Shown here piece by piece: positions 1-11,700 of a DNA stretch of 64,000 nucleotides; the first letter of the stretch is position 1; the number at the start of each line of letters is the position of its first letter. The translations under genes were made by a program, and so were the position numbers. Source of the DNA: a virus; IMG/VR virus record IMGVR_UViG_3300025892_000012, positions 29,493-93,492 of that record. The stretch is one strand, 5' to 3'. The notes below the pieces were generated by a model, which saw only the letters and a list, made by a program, of their open reading frames with translations, was not told the DNA's origin and made no database searches.

Positions 1-1
1 T

Positions 2-502
2 GAAGTTTCTTTTTATGTAGACACAACAGAACCGACCTGTTTTATAGTTATTTCCACTCAAGATAGTATACGTGAAAATAATAGTATTTTATATACAAAA
101 GAATCAAATGTAAATGTTAACTTGCATTTTGGAGACGGTGGAACAGATCCAAGTGGAACATCTAAAGGACTTGTAAAAATAAATAATAGTACAACACCAA
201 CAGTTGCTGATTTTTCAAGTGGAATAGATTTATCATCCGAAACATCTCCGAAAAACGATTACAATATTACAGGTCTTGTTGCTGGTCAATTAAATGAATT
301 AACTTTTTTTGTCAAAGATAAAACTGATAATATTTCATCAGGAGACACAGTATCAGTTTTTGTAGACCAAACTCTCCCAACTGGTAGTATATTAATATCT
401 ACTCAACAACTAAAATCAACTGTGAGTTCATTAGATCATGCAAACACTGTTGATTTAAAAGTAAAATTAGAACATGCAGATACAGATTCTGGATTATTTT
501 AA
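2..502 (+). CDS. 3' end of a large Ig-like-repeat virion protein (5'-truncated by window edge)
   Basis: Frame of ORF 122..502 is open from base 2 (EVSFYVDTTEPTCFIV...). It has the D..SG / FFVKDKTDNIS...VD..P repeat signature seen in 5741..12709 and ends mid-repeat. Confidence 0.75.
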   Translation, partial: EVSFYVDTTEPTCFIVISTQDSIRENNSILYTKESNVNVNLHFGDGGTDPSGTSKGLVKINNSTTPTVADFSSGIDLSSETSPKNDYNITGLVAGQLNELTFFVKDKTDNISSGDTVSVFVDQTLPTGSILISTQQLKSTVSSLDHANTVDLKVKLEHADTDSGLF

Positions 503-515
503 AGGTTTAAAATAA

Positions 516-3500
516 ATGGCAGTAGTTAACCCATCTTGGCTAGGTAGTGGAACTGTAACATACAATTATACAGGCCATTTACTAGTATATGCTCAGGCAG
601 TAAATCAAAGTAATCCAAGTCAAGTTGGTGGCATAACCATACATTCCATAGGTGCTGAAGGTAATGCTGGAGGCAATGATATTAATAAAACACTTCAAGA
701 ATATACAGGAATTACCTTTAGTTTTAGTGGAGATGCCACAACACTGTATTATGGGGATGGTACAACAATTTGGGAAAAATATTCAGGCCAAGTGAATTCG
801 TCATGGTCTACTATTACATGGTTATCTGGTTCAACAAGTCGCTTAGATCCAATATTTGATGAAGTTGTGAGTGATGGTTGGGAAGTAGATAGAACTAAAC
901 AAATTGCACAAATGACTAGTATTCCAGGAGCAAGTGGTTTTTCATATGGAAGTGAGGAATGGAATCATAAATTAGCAGGTGAATCTACATTTAGTCGCAG
1001 CAATTTAAAAAACATATCAGATATTAGTGAATTTGCTGGTGCAGAATTTGACTTTAAGAATATGGATATTATTACAATTTTAGTAGAGAATGCATTAGAC
1101 TTCGGTATTTCATTTCAGGCTTCAGGTGATTTGGCAACTTTATATTGGATTTCGCCTTTTATTAAAATTGAAAAACCAAGTTTACCATCTCCACCTCCAG
1201 AACCTGAGCCAGAACCTGAGCCAGAACCTGAGTCAAGTCCTGCACCTGCACCTAATCCTGAACCTGTTTCTGCAACAGGTTGCTGGGACTGGATTGCGCC
1301 GTATGACTATCCGATTCAATTTCTAAATTTCAAAAAGAATTATCCAGTTGGTGATGTACCCCCCGGTGTTATGTCTAACAATTTAGAATTTTTTGCTACT
1401 GATTTAGCAGGTGCTCAAAGCATAGTAAAAATAATAAATGATTTTAGACCATATGCATTATCTAATGTTTACACTGATGTTTGGAACATAAAAGATAATG
1501 CAGGATATGCTCTACTACCTACAAGTGGATATTCCAATGGAGATCACTTACTTGTTGTGAATTTATCGGAAGCCAAAAATGGAAAATATCAAGTTGTATT
1601 TGATGATTTGGGTGTAACTGTAGGTGTAATATTTAAATCTGGAATAGAAACTGAGAATGTAACATTAAATGATACAGCTTTGTATAGTATGACGTTTAGT
1701 TTGGCAACTTATACTTGCGGTGGAGAAAGTAGTGCACCGGAATCTAATCCCCCATCTTCATCAGAAAGCACACCAATTAGTCGCACAACAGTTACACCAC
1801 CAACACAACCGGCTACACCAACACAGACTTCATTAACTGGTGGTTCTATATTACTATTACATTCAGACACTAACCCACCAACTCAGCCAGCTACACCAAC
1901 ACCTGCAGATTTTTTTGCATTCGGAGCGTCTGTATCTCCAGCGACATCATCATCTACAGACCCATATAGTTTTAACAGTGATTTTATTAGTGGAACTTCT
2001 CTGACGAATAATTCTATTAATACAATTTATTATTATTTAATGGATGTTGCGCAAAATATTTCAAGTCTTGGTTCAGTAACTTATTATAAAGATATGGATA
2101 AACCTACTAACATAGTAGTAAATCCAACTATAAATTCACCATATACAGCGGAATGGTTAGGTGTAAATAAACTATTTTCATTCACTGGCTCAGTAAATGT
2201 TTGTGATAATCCAACTCCTGCTAATGGTGTAGGTGGAGGAACAGGTGCGAGTCCTGCAGGTTCAGGTATTATAATTGAACATTTTGAATATAGTAATGCG
2301 AGTACACCAAGCTCAGGTACTTCATTTCAAAATAATATAAATGCAACACAATGTGTTGTCTTTGATTTAGGTTCAAGGCCGGATACGTATGTTAATATTG
2401 CAGCACAAGCAAATGGAACTGATTACTATCTACACTACAATACTAAAGACAAAGCATTAAATACTTCTGATTTTATAAAATTTGATTTTAAAATAGACAA
2501 TGATGATCCTTATATTTTAAGATTTAATAATTCTGGAGGATGTACACGTATAGCTCAAGATTACTTATATGTAGTTCAAGAAGTAACAGATAATACATCT
2601 GGAGTTGTTTATTATAATCAAGGTTCATCTAAAACAGGTTCTAATAAAATTACACTTACAACTAATTATGTGAGTCCCAACCATTTAGATATATTTCAAC
2701 AAGTTCAAATCGGTTCAACTCCAGGGGCAGTAAATGTTTTCATAGAAAGTTATGACCAAGCCGAAAATCATGTAGATAATATATTCACTGTAGAGAGAAC
2801 AAGTCAAACAATAAATTGGATCACTCTTACAGGCGCTAGGTCTTCTATCTCACCTTTTGTGGTAGAAGGTACTTATAAAGCAGAAATTACTCCAACAAGT
2901 CCTGAACTTATCAATGGGTTTTTCCCAACAGCAAACTTATATTATTCACCAATGGGTACAGATTATGATACTTCAGTAGGTTCTCAAGCTATTTCTGAAC
3001 AGGACTTCAGAATGTTAGTTAAAGATACAAATACAAAAGATGCTATTATGTATCTAAGAACCGATGGACATCCACATGCGTGTGCTACTAAAGCATTTAC
3101 ATTTACATCAATTGATTATTCTACACTAAGCGCAACGCCACCAACTTTATCCATTGTAGAAGAAAATCAATTAACATGTACGAATAAATCAGATAATTAC
3201 TACAGACTAATTGCAACTGCAGGAAATGTTACTGCAGATGGAACGACTACAGTGAATGGTGATTTAATTATAGGCTATAAAATAACAGAATCATCTACTT
3301 CTCCTGGTATACAACCAACTTTTAATGATGTAACAGGTAAATTTGAGGATGTTACTAATGTAGGATGGACTGTTTTTGTAAGTGGAGTAAATTCTTTTGA
3401 TGTAAACAAAGAGTTTTCATTTGCGGCAAATTCTTTTGGAACCAAAACTCTTTACTTACATATAGCTACTATGGCATATAGTGGTTTATATGCTTCTGTA

Positions 3501-5678
3501 AGTACAGGGTTAACATTTTCTGCATCAACACAGATAGAATATGTAAATGATTTTCAAGGACCAACATTATCAAATGTTCAAGTAACAGATTCTAATGCTG
3601 TAACAGAAAACGCAACATTAACTTCTGGTATAGCGCCTGAGCAAACATTTACTAAACCAACTGAAGTAACGGCAGATACTATAACTATTTCTGGAACATT
3701 AACAGATAATTTAACTTCTGTAGGATGTACATGTGTTAAAAGATGGGTAGTAGGAAATTTTGGAAATCCACCCCCATATACACTAACAAAGCCTGGTGTT
3801 TGGAATATTGTTTCCGGTACACAACAGTCTATTAACTTTACACAAGTAGTAACTTTAAATAGACCAAATTCAACAAAATCAATTTATGTCTGGGCTGTAG
3901 ATTGTGTTGGTAATTTGTCTAAAAATAAAATAAGAATTACATTAAATAATCCCGCTTACGCAATACCTGATTGTGGTCAAGAAGCTGGTAATGTATTTAA
4001 GTTTGAAGGTAAAGCAGGTGATGAACACAGACTAAGAAAAACTATTTCTGCTATGTATGGAGATGGTGTATTTCATGTAGGATTTATTTCAAATAAAACA
4101 AGTAAAATTAGATTAAATCGTGTTCATAAATTAAGTGAATATAGAGGATTAAAAATTATAAACAAAGGTAATAATGATGCACATGAAAATCTACCAATAC
4201 CAAACGAACCTTTAAAATTTTCTGATTTTTTTCCTCACAAAATACCAAGAATAGATGACTTAACTATTGTTCCATTTATACCTCCTGTTAGTCAGCCTGC
4301 AGTAACAAATGTTCCCCAATATGTTGGTGATACAAGGGATATCGCACTCACGTTAGATATTGACACTGGCAATAATATTGTTGACCATAAATTACCAATG
4401 AATGATAATCTTGTGGATGACAGTGCAAAATTCTTCGTAGATTTTATAGAAGAAGGTTCGGGTTTAGTGAAACCCAGAACATTCTCTTATAATCCAGTAA
4501 CAGGTCATATTAATAATTTTGTTTTTGATAAACCTGGAGTATATTTTATAATAGGATTTTCTTCTTTTTGTCAATCAGTTAGTGCAACATATAGAATATA
4601 TAAGAAAGGCGCACCTTTACCACCAATACAAGGTCCACCTATTGATGTACCTGTACCAATAGGTAATCCAGGCGGAACAACACCAGTAACCATACCATTT
4701 TTTATAGACCAAGTTTCGCTTGCTGTAGATGCGGCTTTTGTTATAGACCGTTCGGGTAGTTATGTACCCGGATTTTCAAATGCTATGTATAGTACATTAT
4801 CAGAATCATTAGATGCTCTTGATTCATTTGCTAAAAACACTACTACAAATTCAACAGATTCAAGATATTCAGTAGTTTGGTTTTGGAATCCAACATCTAG
4901 AGGAGGTATAGAAACTGCTCAAAATTGGACTTCTGATAGAAGTAAAATAGATGCCGCTGTTGCTAAATATAAAGATAGTGGGTCTGGTGGTTGGGAACCC
5001 AAAATAGAAGCTATTGCGAGAGTAGCAGGTGAAGACTTAGTAGGTCCTTGGAGAGAAACCGCACTTAAATTAGTATTGTTATATTCGGATGAACCTGACG
5101 GCGCTCCAACAAATACTTCAGCAGGTTCTTCTGATAGTAAATATACTTCAGCAAATTCACCAGATTATTTTATTAATAAATTTGTTGATAATAAAGTTGC
5201 ATTACTTATTTTTGATGCTGGTTTGAATTATTCAGATCGTTCAGACCCAATAGGTCCTGGATCTACTATTAATCAAGATAATTTACTGAAGGCTATATCA
5301 GATACTAGCGAAAATGGAAGTGTTGTACAAACTTTGGGTTTAAGTGCCAGTTCAGCAGATATTGTTAATGCAATAAACAAAGCGTTTGATAAATATAAAG
5401 AAGGATTAAGTTTTGATATAGAACCGGATTTATCTACACCTGCAATATTTAAATCAAAATCTGCAAATTCAGCGCATCCTGCTGGTACACCTGTACCCAT
5501 TCCATATAATAAATTAATTGATGATGGGTCACGTAAAAAAGCATTATTTGATGTTTTATTAGATAATGATGAAGTCTATAGTTTAGGTACTCAATATATC
5601 ATAACATTTGTAACTATATATAACTCTTCTGACATACCGATTGCTAGAAAAATGATAAGAATTAGAGTTGTGCCTTGA
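516..5678 (+). CDS. Large virion adhesin-like protein: Pro-rich linkers, Ig-like repeats, C-terminal vWA domain
   Basis: 1720 aa. PEPEPE and PPTQPATPT linkers; (M/K/V)D.(A/V)xN repeats; vWA MIDAS motif AFVIDRSGS (~4730-4760) and downstream LVLLYSDEPD. Confidence 0.7.
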   Translation: MAVVNPSWLGSGTVTYNYTGHLLVYAQAVNQSNPSQVGGITIHSIGAEGNAGGNDINKTLQEYTGITFSFSGDATTLYYGDGTTIWEKYSGQVNSSWSTITWLSGSTSRLDPIFDEVVSDGWEVDRTKQIAQMTSIPGASGFSYGSEEWNHKLAGESTFSRSNLKNISDISEFAGAEFDFKNMDIITILVENALDFGISFQASGDLATLYWISPFIKIEKPSLPSPPPEPEPEPEPEPESSPAPAPNPEPVSATGCWDWIAPYDYPIQFLNFKKNYPVGDVPPGVMSNNLEFFATDLAGAQSIVKIINDFRPYALSNVYTDVWNIKDNAGYALLPTSGYSNGDHLLVVNLSEAKNGKYQVVFDDLGVTVGVIFKSGIETENVTLNDTALYSMTFSLATYTCGGESSAPESNPPSSSESTPISRTTVTPPTQPATPTQTSLTGGSILLLHSDTNPPTQPATPTPADFFAFGASVSPATSSSTDPYSFNSDFISGTSLTNNSINTIYYYLMDVAQNISSLGSVTYYKDMDKPTNIVVNPTINSPYTAEWLGVNKLFSFTGSVNVCDNPTPANGVGGGTGASPAGSGIIIEHFEYSNASTPSSGTSFQNNINATQCVVFDLGSRPDTYVNIAAQANGTDYYLHYNTKDKALNTSDFIKFDFKIDNDDPYILRFNNSGGCTRIAQDYLYVVQEVTDNTSGVVYYNQGSSKTGSNKITLTTNYVSPNHLDIFQQVQIGSTPGAVNVFIESYDQAENHVDNIFTVERTSQTINWITLTGARSSISPFVVEGTYKAEITPTSPELINGFFPTANLYYSPMGTDYDTSVGSQAISEQDFRMLVKDTNTKDAIMYLRTDGHPHACATKAFTFTSIDYSTLSATPPTLSIVEENQLTCTNKSDNYYRLIATAGNVTADGTTTVNGDLIIGYKITESSTSPGIQPTFNDVTGKFEDVTNVGWTVFVSGVNSFDVNKEFSFAANSFGTKTLYLHIATMAYSGLYASVSTGLTFSASTQIEYVNDFQGPTLSNVQVTDSNAVTENATLTSGIAPEQTFTKPTEVTADTITISGTLTDNLTSVGCTCVKRWVVGNFGNPPPYTLTKPGVWNIVSGTQQSINFTQVVTLNRPNSTKSIYVWAVDCVGNLSKNKIRITLNNPAYAIPDCGQEAGNVFKFEGKAGDEHRLRKTISAMYGDGVFHVGFISNKTSKIRLNRVHKLSEYRGLKIINKGNNDAHENLPIPNEPLKFSDFFPHKIPRIDDLTIVPFIPPVSQPAVTNVPQYVGDTRDIALTLDIDTGNNIVDHKLPMNDNLVDDSAKFFVDFIEEGSGLVKPRTFSYNPVTGHINNFVFDKPGVYFIIGFSSFCQSVSATYRIYKKGAPLPPIQGPPIDVPVPIGNPGGTTPVTIPFFIDQVSLAVDAAFVIDRSGSYVPGFSNAMYSTLSESLDALDSFAKNTTTNSTDSRYSVVWFWNPTSRGGIETAQNWTSDRSKIDAAVAKYKDSGSGGWEPKIEAIARVAGEDLVGPWRETALKLVLLYSDEPDGAPTNTSAGSSDSKYTSANSPDYFINKFVDNKVALLIFDAGLNYSDRSDPIGPGSTINQDNLLKAISDTSENGSVVQTLGLSASSADIVNAINKAFDKYKEGLSFDIEPDLSTPAIFKSKSANSAHPAGTPVPIPYNKLIDDGSRKKALFDVLLDNDEVYSLGTQYIITFVTIYNSSDIPIARKMIRIRVVP
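1197..1232 (+). repeat. Coding tandem repeat (CCAGAACCTGAG)x3
   Basis: Three exact 12-bp units encoding PEPE. Confidence 0.95.
1797..1901 (+). repeat. 27-bp imperfect direct repeat encoding PPTQPATPT (1797-1823, 1875-1901)
   Basis: Seen in DNA and protein; differences are synonymous. Confidence 0.9.
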
Positions 5679-5686
5679 GTAGTAAT

Positions 5687-5693
5687 CTAAATA
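5687..5693 (+). promoter_or_regulatory. Possible T4-like late promoter (CTAAATA)
   Basis: TAAATA core in one of the few intergenic gaps, ~50 bp upstream of 5741; AT-rich background weakens it. Confidence 0.35.
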
Positions 5694-5740
5694 AAAAAAA
5701 TACTTATTTAAAATTAAAAAAACACCACTGAAATAAAAAT

Positions 5741-8700
5741 ATGGCAATTACAGGAAGCATCTATTTAAGTACCGCAGCTATTGTATTAACTGCACCTCCA
5801 AAATATCAATTAACATTCAATGTCAATGCAAACAGTACAAATTTATTAACAAAATATCAATTATTTGTTGATAATGTTCAAGTGGGTGTAGATCAAATTA
5901 TAAATCCAAATATTAATAATTATTCTAACACAAATATTGCATATGCAGTGGATGGTACTGGTTGGCATGATATAGGTATTTTATTTTTTGATGATCAAGG
6001 AAACACACAGTTATTTACAACTAGAATATATTTGGATTTAACAAATCCTATTTTAAATGGGTTTGCTTTAAATAGAATAGAACGTGATGCCACTAATGAT
6101 TATGTAGTTTACTTTGATATAGATGTTTCTGATGAAACTGGTATTTCAAGAACTAAAATTATAAATTCAAATGATGGCACTTCCTCTGAAGTTTTAGTGC
6201 CGTTAAGTTTTAATGATTATCGGGCTGAACAAAGTATAGTTGTTCCTGGATTTAATAATAATGTCACAAAAGATTTTTATTTAGAATGGGAAGATTATTC
6301 TGGTAATATAATACAAACTACTTCTCCCATTACTGTATTTTTTACAAATACTTTACCTGTTATAACAAATTTTGAGGTAAAGGAAATTACACAAACAGCA
6401 ACAGATTATGTAGTTACTACAGAAATTGGAACATCTTTTGCTAGTTATCAAGATATTATAGAATACTCTGTGACATATGAAGACCCTGCTTCTGTTTGGA
6501 AAAATATATTAATAACTACTAGTGGTGGTGTGATAACAGATACATTCACAATACCACTTTCAGAACCAGCAGGTTTAAAAACATTATATGCAAAAATTAA
6601 AGATAATTATCAAAATGAATCAAATGTTTTTCCAATTAATCATCTTATAGATAAAGTTAACCCAATAGGTTCTGTAAAATTAGAATATGCAGAAAAAATT
6701 GGATCAAATTACTATGCTAATGTTAAATTCACAGCAACAGATGCTGGTCTAATTTCTCATTATTCTCATAATTTTATAAGTGAAAACGTAACAAATTGGA
6801 ATGTAGTTAATCCTAAGACACAAACTTTTAATAAATTTAAAACGTTTAATTTAGGAACTAACGGACAATCTGTGATGTATGTTAAATATCGTGATTTTTC
6901 CGGAAATCTTTCTCCAGCATATCAATTGCCACTTGATATTGACACAACAAATCCAGAATTTGAATTTTCATTTGATCATGGTGAATTAAGAATTGATGGT
7001 GATTATAATGCATTTTTTCATTTACTTGCAAGTGATAATAATAAAATAAAATTTATAAAGTTATTTGGTGTAAATCAAATAACGTCAAATTTAATTGGAA
7101 GTAATAATTGGGTACAGATTGCCGAAACTAATCAATATGAAGAAATAAGACCAATTGTAATACCCGCAACAGAAAATGAAGATATTATAAAATTTTATTA
7201 TCAAGTAAGAGACCTGTATGGAAATTATAGTGCTTTTAAAACTATAGATTTAAATTTTGATAAAACAGCACCAGTAGTTAATACATTTACATATAAAGAT
7301 GCGGAGAAATATTCCACATACCATAGAATACATTTTGATTTTAATGCTACTGATAATTTAGGAATTATAGCTTATAGATTAGGTTTTGATGATATCACTG
7401 TAGAATCTTGGATAAACGTAACAAATACAACAAATTTAGATAAGTCTGTATATGTAGACTTATATAATGCTAATGAACTTGGTGTTACCAAAGATGTATT
7501 GGTTCAAGTAAAAGATGTTTTTGGAAATGTAAGTAACATAGCTTCTTATTCTGTCAAATTAGAAGATCAATCACCACTCGGTTCTCTAACCTTTGCTGGT
7601 GGGGGATTGTCACCTACAGATTTCTTATTAGATTTTGATATAACAGGAGTAGATACTGATAGTGATGTTTATTGGTACTCATTAGAAATTGACGATTCAA
7701 CAATTACAAATTGGTATAAAGTAAACACACCTGGTTTAAACATAGCTCAAGTTGTGCAAAAGACACTACCAAGAGCCAGTACAGGAAGACATAATTTTTA
7801 TTTGAGAGTAGCAGACATTTATAAAAATGTGAGTCCGACTTATAATTTAGAATATGATTTGGATTCTATTGCAGTTGTTGGTGGTTTGGAAGTAGACGAT
7901 ATTGAAAAATCTGCATTAAATTATACAGCAAATGTTCATTTATATGCATTTGATAACAGAAAAGTAAAATCATATTCTTTAAATGGTGGTGCAGATACAC
8001 TTCTTGTACCAGCAGTAAAATCATTTGATGATTATGTTTTAGTTCCTCTCGGATTAACACCTGGCCAAAAGCAAATAACTGTTCAATACAAAGACACTTT
8101 TGATAATTTATCAAATACATATAGTGTTGTTTTTAATTTAGATAATATTGACCCACATAGTAATATAGTATTCAATAATGCTACATCTAATACTACTACT
8201 ATGTTTATGAATATAGATACTCATTTAACAGATAATCAAGATGTTTATGAGTATAAATTTTGGTATGTTGGAGATTCAGAACCGTATGATTATACTACAC
8301 TACCAAGAGGAATAGTTAATACTACAATAAATAAAATCTTTGAAGTTCCTAAATCAGATACATTTCCTCAATTTACAGTCAGGGTCAGAGACTTTTTTGA
8401 TAATGAACATAGCAACACTTTATCTAAAATAGTAACTACTGTACCACCAACAATCAATTCACTTACTGTAAATTCAATTTCCTATACAGTTGCTGGTATT
8501 AATGTAGGTGTAGATTATGTTGTTACTGCGGATAATAATTCAACTGTAGATTACTTAGATGTAGTTGTAAATCCATCTGGCGCAACACAATTAGATGCAT
8601 TTACTGTAAATATAGATCCGAATGTTGTAAACGCAACCGGTACTTTTTATTATGACTTTCCTATAATTTCAAATTTTAATTTTGAAGTGAAAGCTTATTC

Positions 8701-11700
8701 TGATTATGGTTATTATTCTGCTCCTTCATACTTAGCACAGAATTTTGATTCAATCGGTCCAGTTATAAGTAATGTTACATTTTTAGGAAGTTTTGATGAT
8801 AACAATGATTACATTCTTCAATTCAGAATTCAAGGAACTGATGCAACAAGCGGTATTAGAAAAATACAAGCAACTGCATTAACTACTCCGAATCCAATTA
8901 CGACTTCTTATACAATTGATTTAACTAATAATTTAGATGAAGTTGTTCATTTAAGATTAGATAGGTCAAGTACATCAAATTACATTGATGTTTCATTCAT
9001 ACTATTTGATTTATTAGATAATCCTTCAAATTCATATACACTATCCAATCTTTACTTAGATAGTGATGCACCTCAGATTTCAAACACAATCTTTAATTTA
9101 AATAAAAAATATGGAGGTTCTGTATTACCAGGTGCAAATACTCCAAATATTGAAGTTTCCTTTGATGCTTATGATTTTTCAAACATAACACATTATAAGT
9201 ATTCTCCTAATTTAACAGAAACGTATAATGCCAGTTGGACATCAATAGCTGAAGCACAAACAATATCTGTAACTGAAACTGTAAATTTAGATACGTTAGG
9301 ATTTGTTGAAGGTGCTAGAGTATTTTACTTTCATGTAAGAGATAGATTTAACAATATTGCAACTGCTGGCATAAATGTTGAATATGATAAAACACCGCCT
9401 TCTGTTTCTACTACATTTTTAAATAGAATAGAAAGAGCAAATGTAGCCGGCATTGATACATTTGTAATACCATACACATTAGCTTATTCAGATAATTATT
9501 CAGAAGTTCTTACTTTACATGAAAATTATGAATACGGCACAACATCATCAAATACAATTTCTAAAAATTTATTACCTCAAGTAACTTCAAATACTGTTAC
9601 TGAGCGTCATTATGTTCCTGTAAACTATTATGGAGATACTACGATTAATATTGCTTTAGAAGATAGATTTGAAAATGTATCTGCAAATTCATCTTTTAAT
9701 GTATTCTTAGAGAATAATCCACCAGTTATACATTATGCTAAAATTAATAATGGTGCTGTGTATACAACATCAAAAGATGTTTATATAAGAATGGATTTAA
9801 GTGATGACCAAGGTGTGACTGAAAGATTGTTTTCTACAGCTAATAATGAAACATGGAACAGTGTAGGATGGGTTCCAATACCATATGCACCAGCAAGAAA
9901 TATAACACCTACGTTTAGTGTTGATTTAGAAGCCCTTGGATTTACACAAGGTACTTGTAATGTTTATGCATACATCAAAGACTTTTGTCAAAATATAAGT
10001 AATACTGCTCAAACTATTATATATGATTATGAACCCCCTGTAATAACAGATTTCAAAGTTAATAATATAATCAGAAACATTAATACATTTGAAGTAAGTT
10101 TAAATGGTTATTCTTATGATGTTACTTCTGGATTGGATACATATTATATTTCTCAAAGTAATAATCATAATACTTATAAATCAGTACCTAATGCACCTGT
10201 AATTGGAAATACTCCAATATTGTTTAATCAAATTGAAAGCATATCAAATAAAGACACGGGTTGGAAATATTTCTATTTCCAAACTACAGATGCAGCAGGA
10301 AATATATCAGCTAAAGCAAATACACAAATATATATTGACGGTTTAGCACCTGTTATAGCGTTTTTCCAACCTACAAGTACAATATCAAAATACTATTTGA
10401 ATGCTGCTAATAATGAATTTGAATATATTGTTTCTGATGATTATGCCTTAACATCTATTCAATATGAAATAGATAATAGTGCATTGTCAGTTGTAAACAC
10501 ATATGATGCTAATAATAATATATTATATGATGCAAATACTTTCTTAGCTGATTTCAGTAGTTTAGTAGATGGAGAACATACCATTTATCTAAATGCATTT
10601 GATAGTTTCAATAATAGAGTAAGAATTCCATATGAATTTTACTTTGATAATACACCTCCAGTCATAACGAATTATGACTTCAAAAAGATTAAACCTGTTG
10701 TTCCTGACAGTACACACTATGATGTAGAACTAAGATTATCTGCATATGATAATGTATCAGTTGATTACTATGAAATTTATGTAGATGGTAATTTACTTTC
10801 TTCAGTAGATGTTGATGCAGTTAACTTTAATCATACTCCAACAGTTAATACAACTTTAACTACTATGTTTGAATCTGACTTAGACATGACATTGGCACTC
10901 ATAGTAGATGGTTATGGTGGTGGTAAAATTCTTACTGTAGCAATGGTAGAAAATTATACAGGAACTCAAACAGAAGATGACCAAATTAAATTGTTTGCAA
11001 ATGTTGAATTAGGTATACCTACAACTGAAATTAATACATATGCCGTTTTAGGAAATGATATAGATATCATTACACAAAATACTATGCCAGGAGCAACCAC
11101 TACATTGAGCGATGAGATAACAAGCATTAATTATGGTGACCCTGCATTTCCTACAAATCCATATACTCTAATACAATTACAATATGAGACTGGAACATTT
11201 CCATTCTTGCCAACATCAACATTGTCAAATTATATAACTAATAATTATTCTTATTTGGTGGGTACAGGACCTTCACCAGGGAGATATAATACAGCTTATG
11301 TAACTGGTAGATTTACTGATTTAAGTGTTAAGAAAGAATTGCATCATTATGTTGTTAAAGTATATGATAATGCCGGTAATATGACTCAAGGTACATTATC
11401 TAAATTCATACACAATGGTGATAACTTAAAGATTGAGAATTTTACTGTAGATTCAGTTACTACAATAAATAGAACAGATATTTCAGATGAAATATTTCAA
11501 GCAGATATTTCAAGTGATGTTGATATCATTGAATATGCATTAACAATACATCCGCAAATAGATTATGATAGTGCATTATGGAAAAATTTTGTAACTCCTG
11601 CAAACACAATATCTTATACTGAAACAGTAAATACTGACATCTTTGCTGTTAGTACGCTATCTACAAACAAAGTATATTTACATGTGAAAGATGATTGCGG

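Noticed and set aside
516-560. MAVVNPSWLGS resembles the T-even gp38 N-terminus
   Set aside because: Similarity is limited to ~11 residues; later conserved Trp motifs and Gly-rich loops are absent.
497-1835. Self-splicing intron or intein explaining the split gene
   Set aside because: No homing-endonuclease or intein motifs, no recognisable intron core; the insert is in frame with the downstream ORF.
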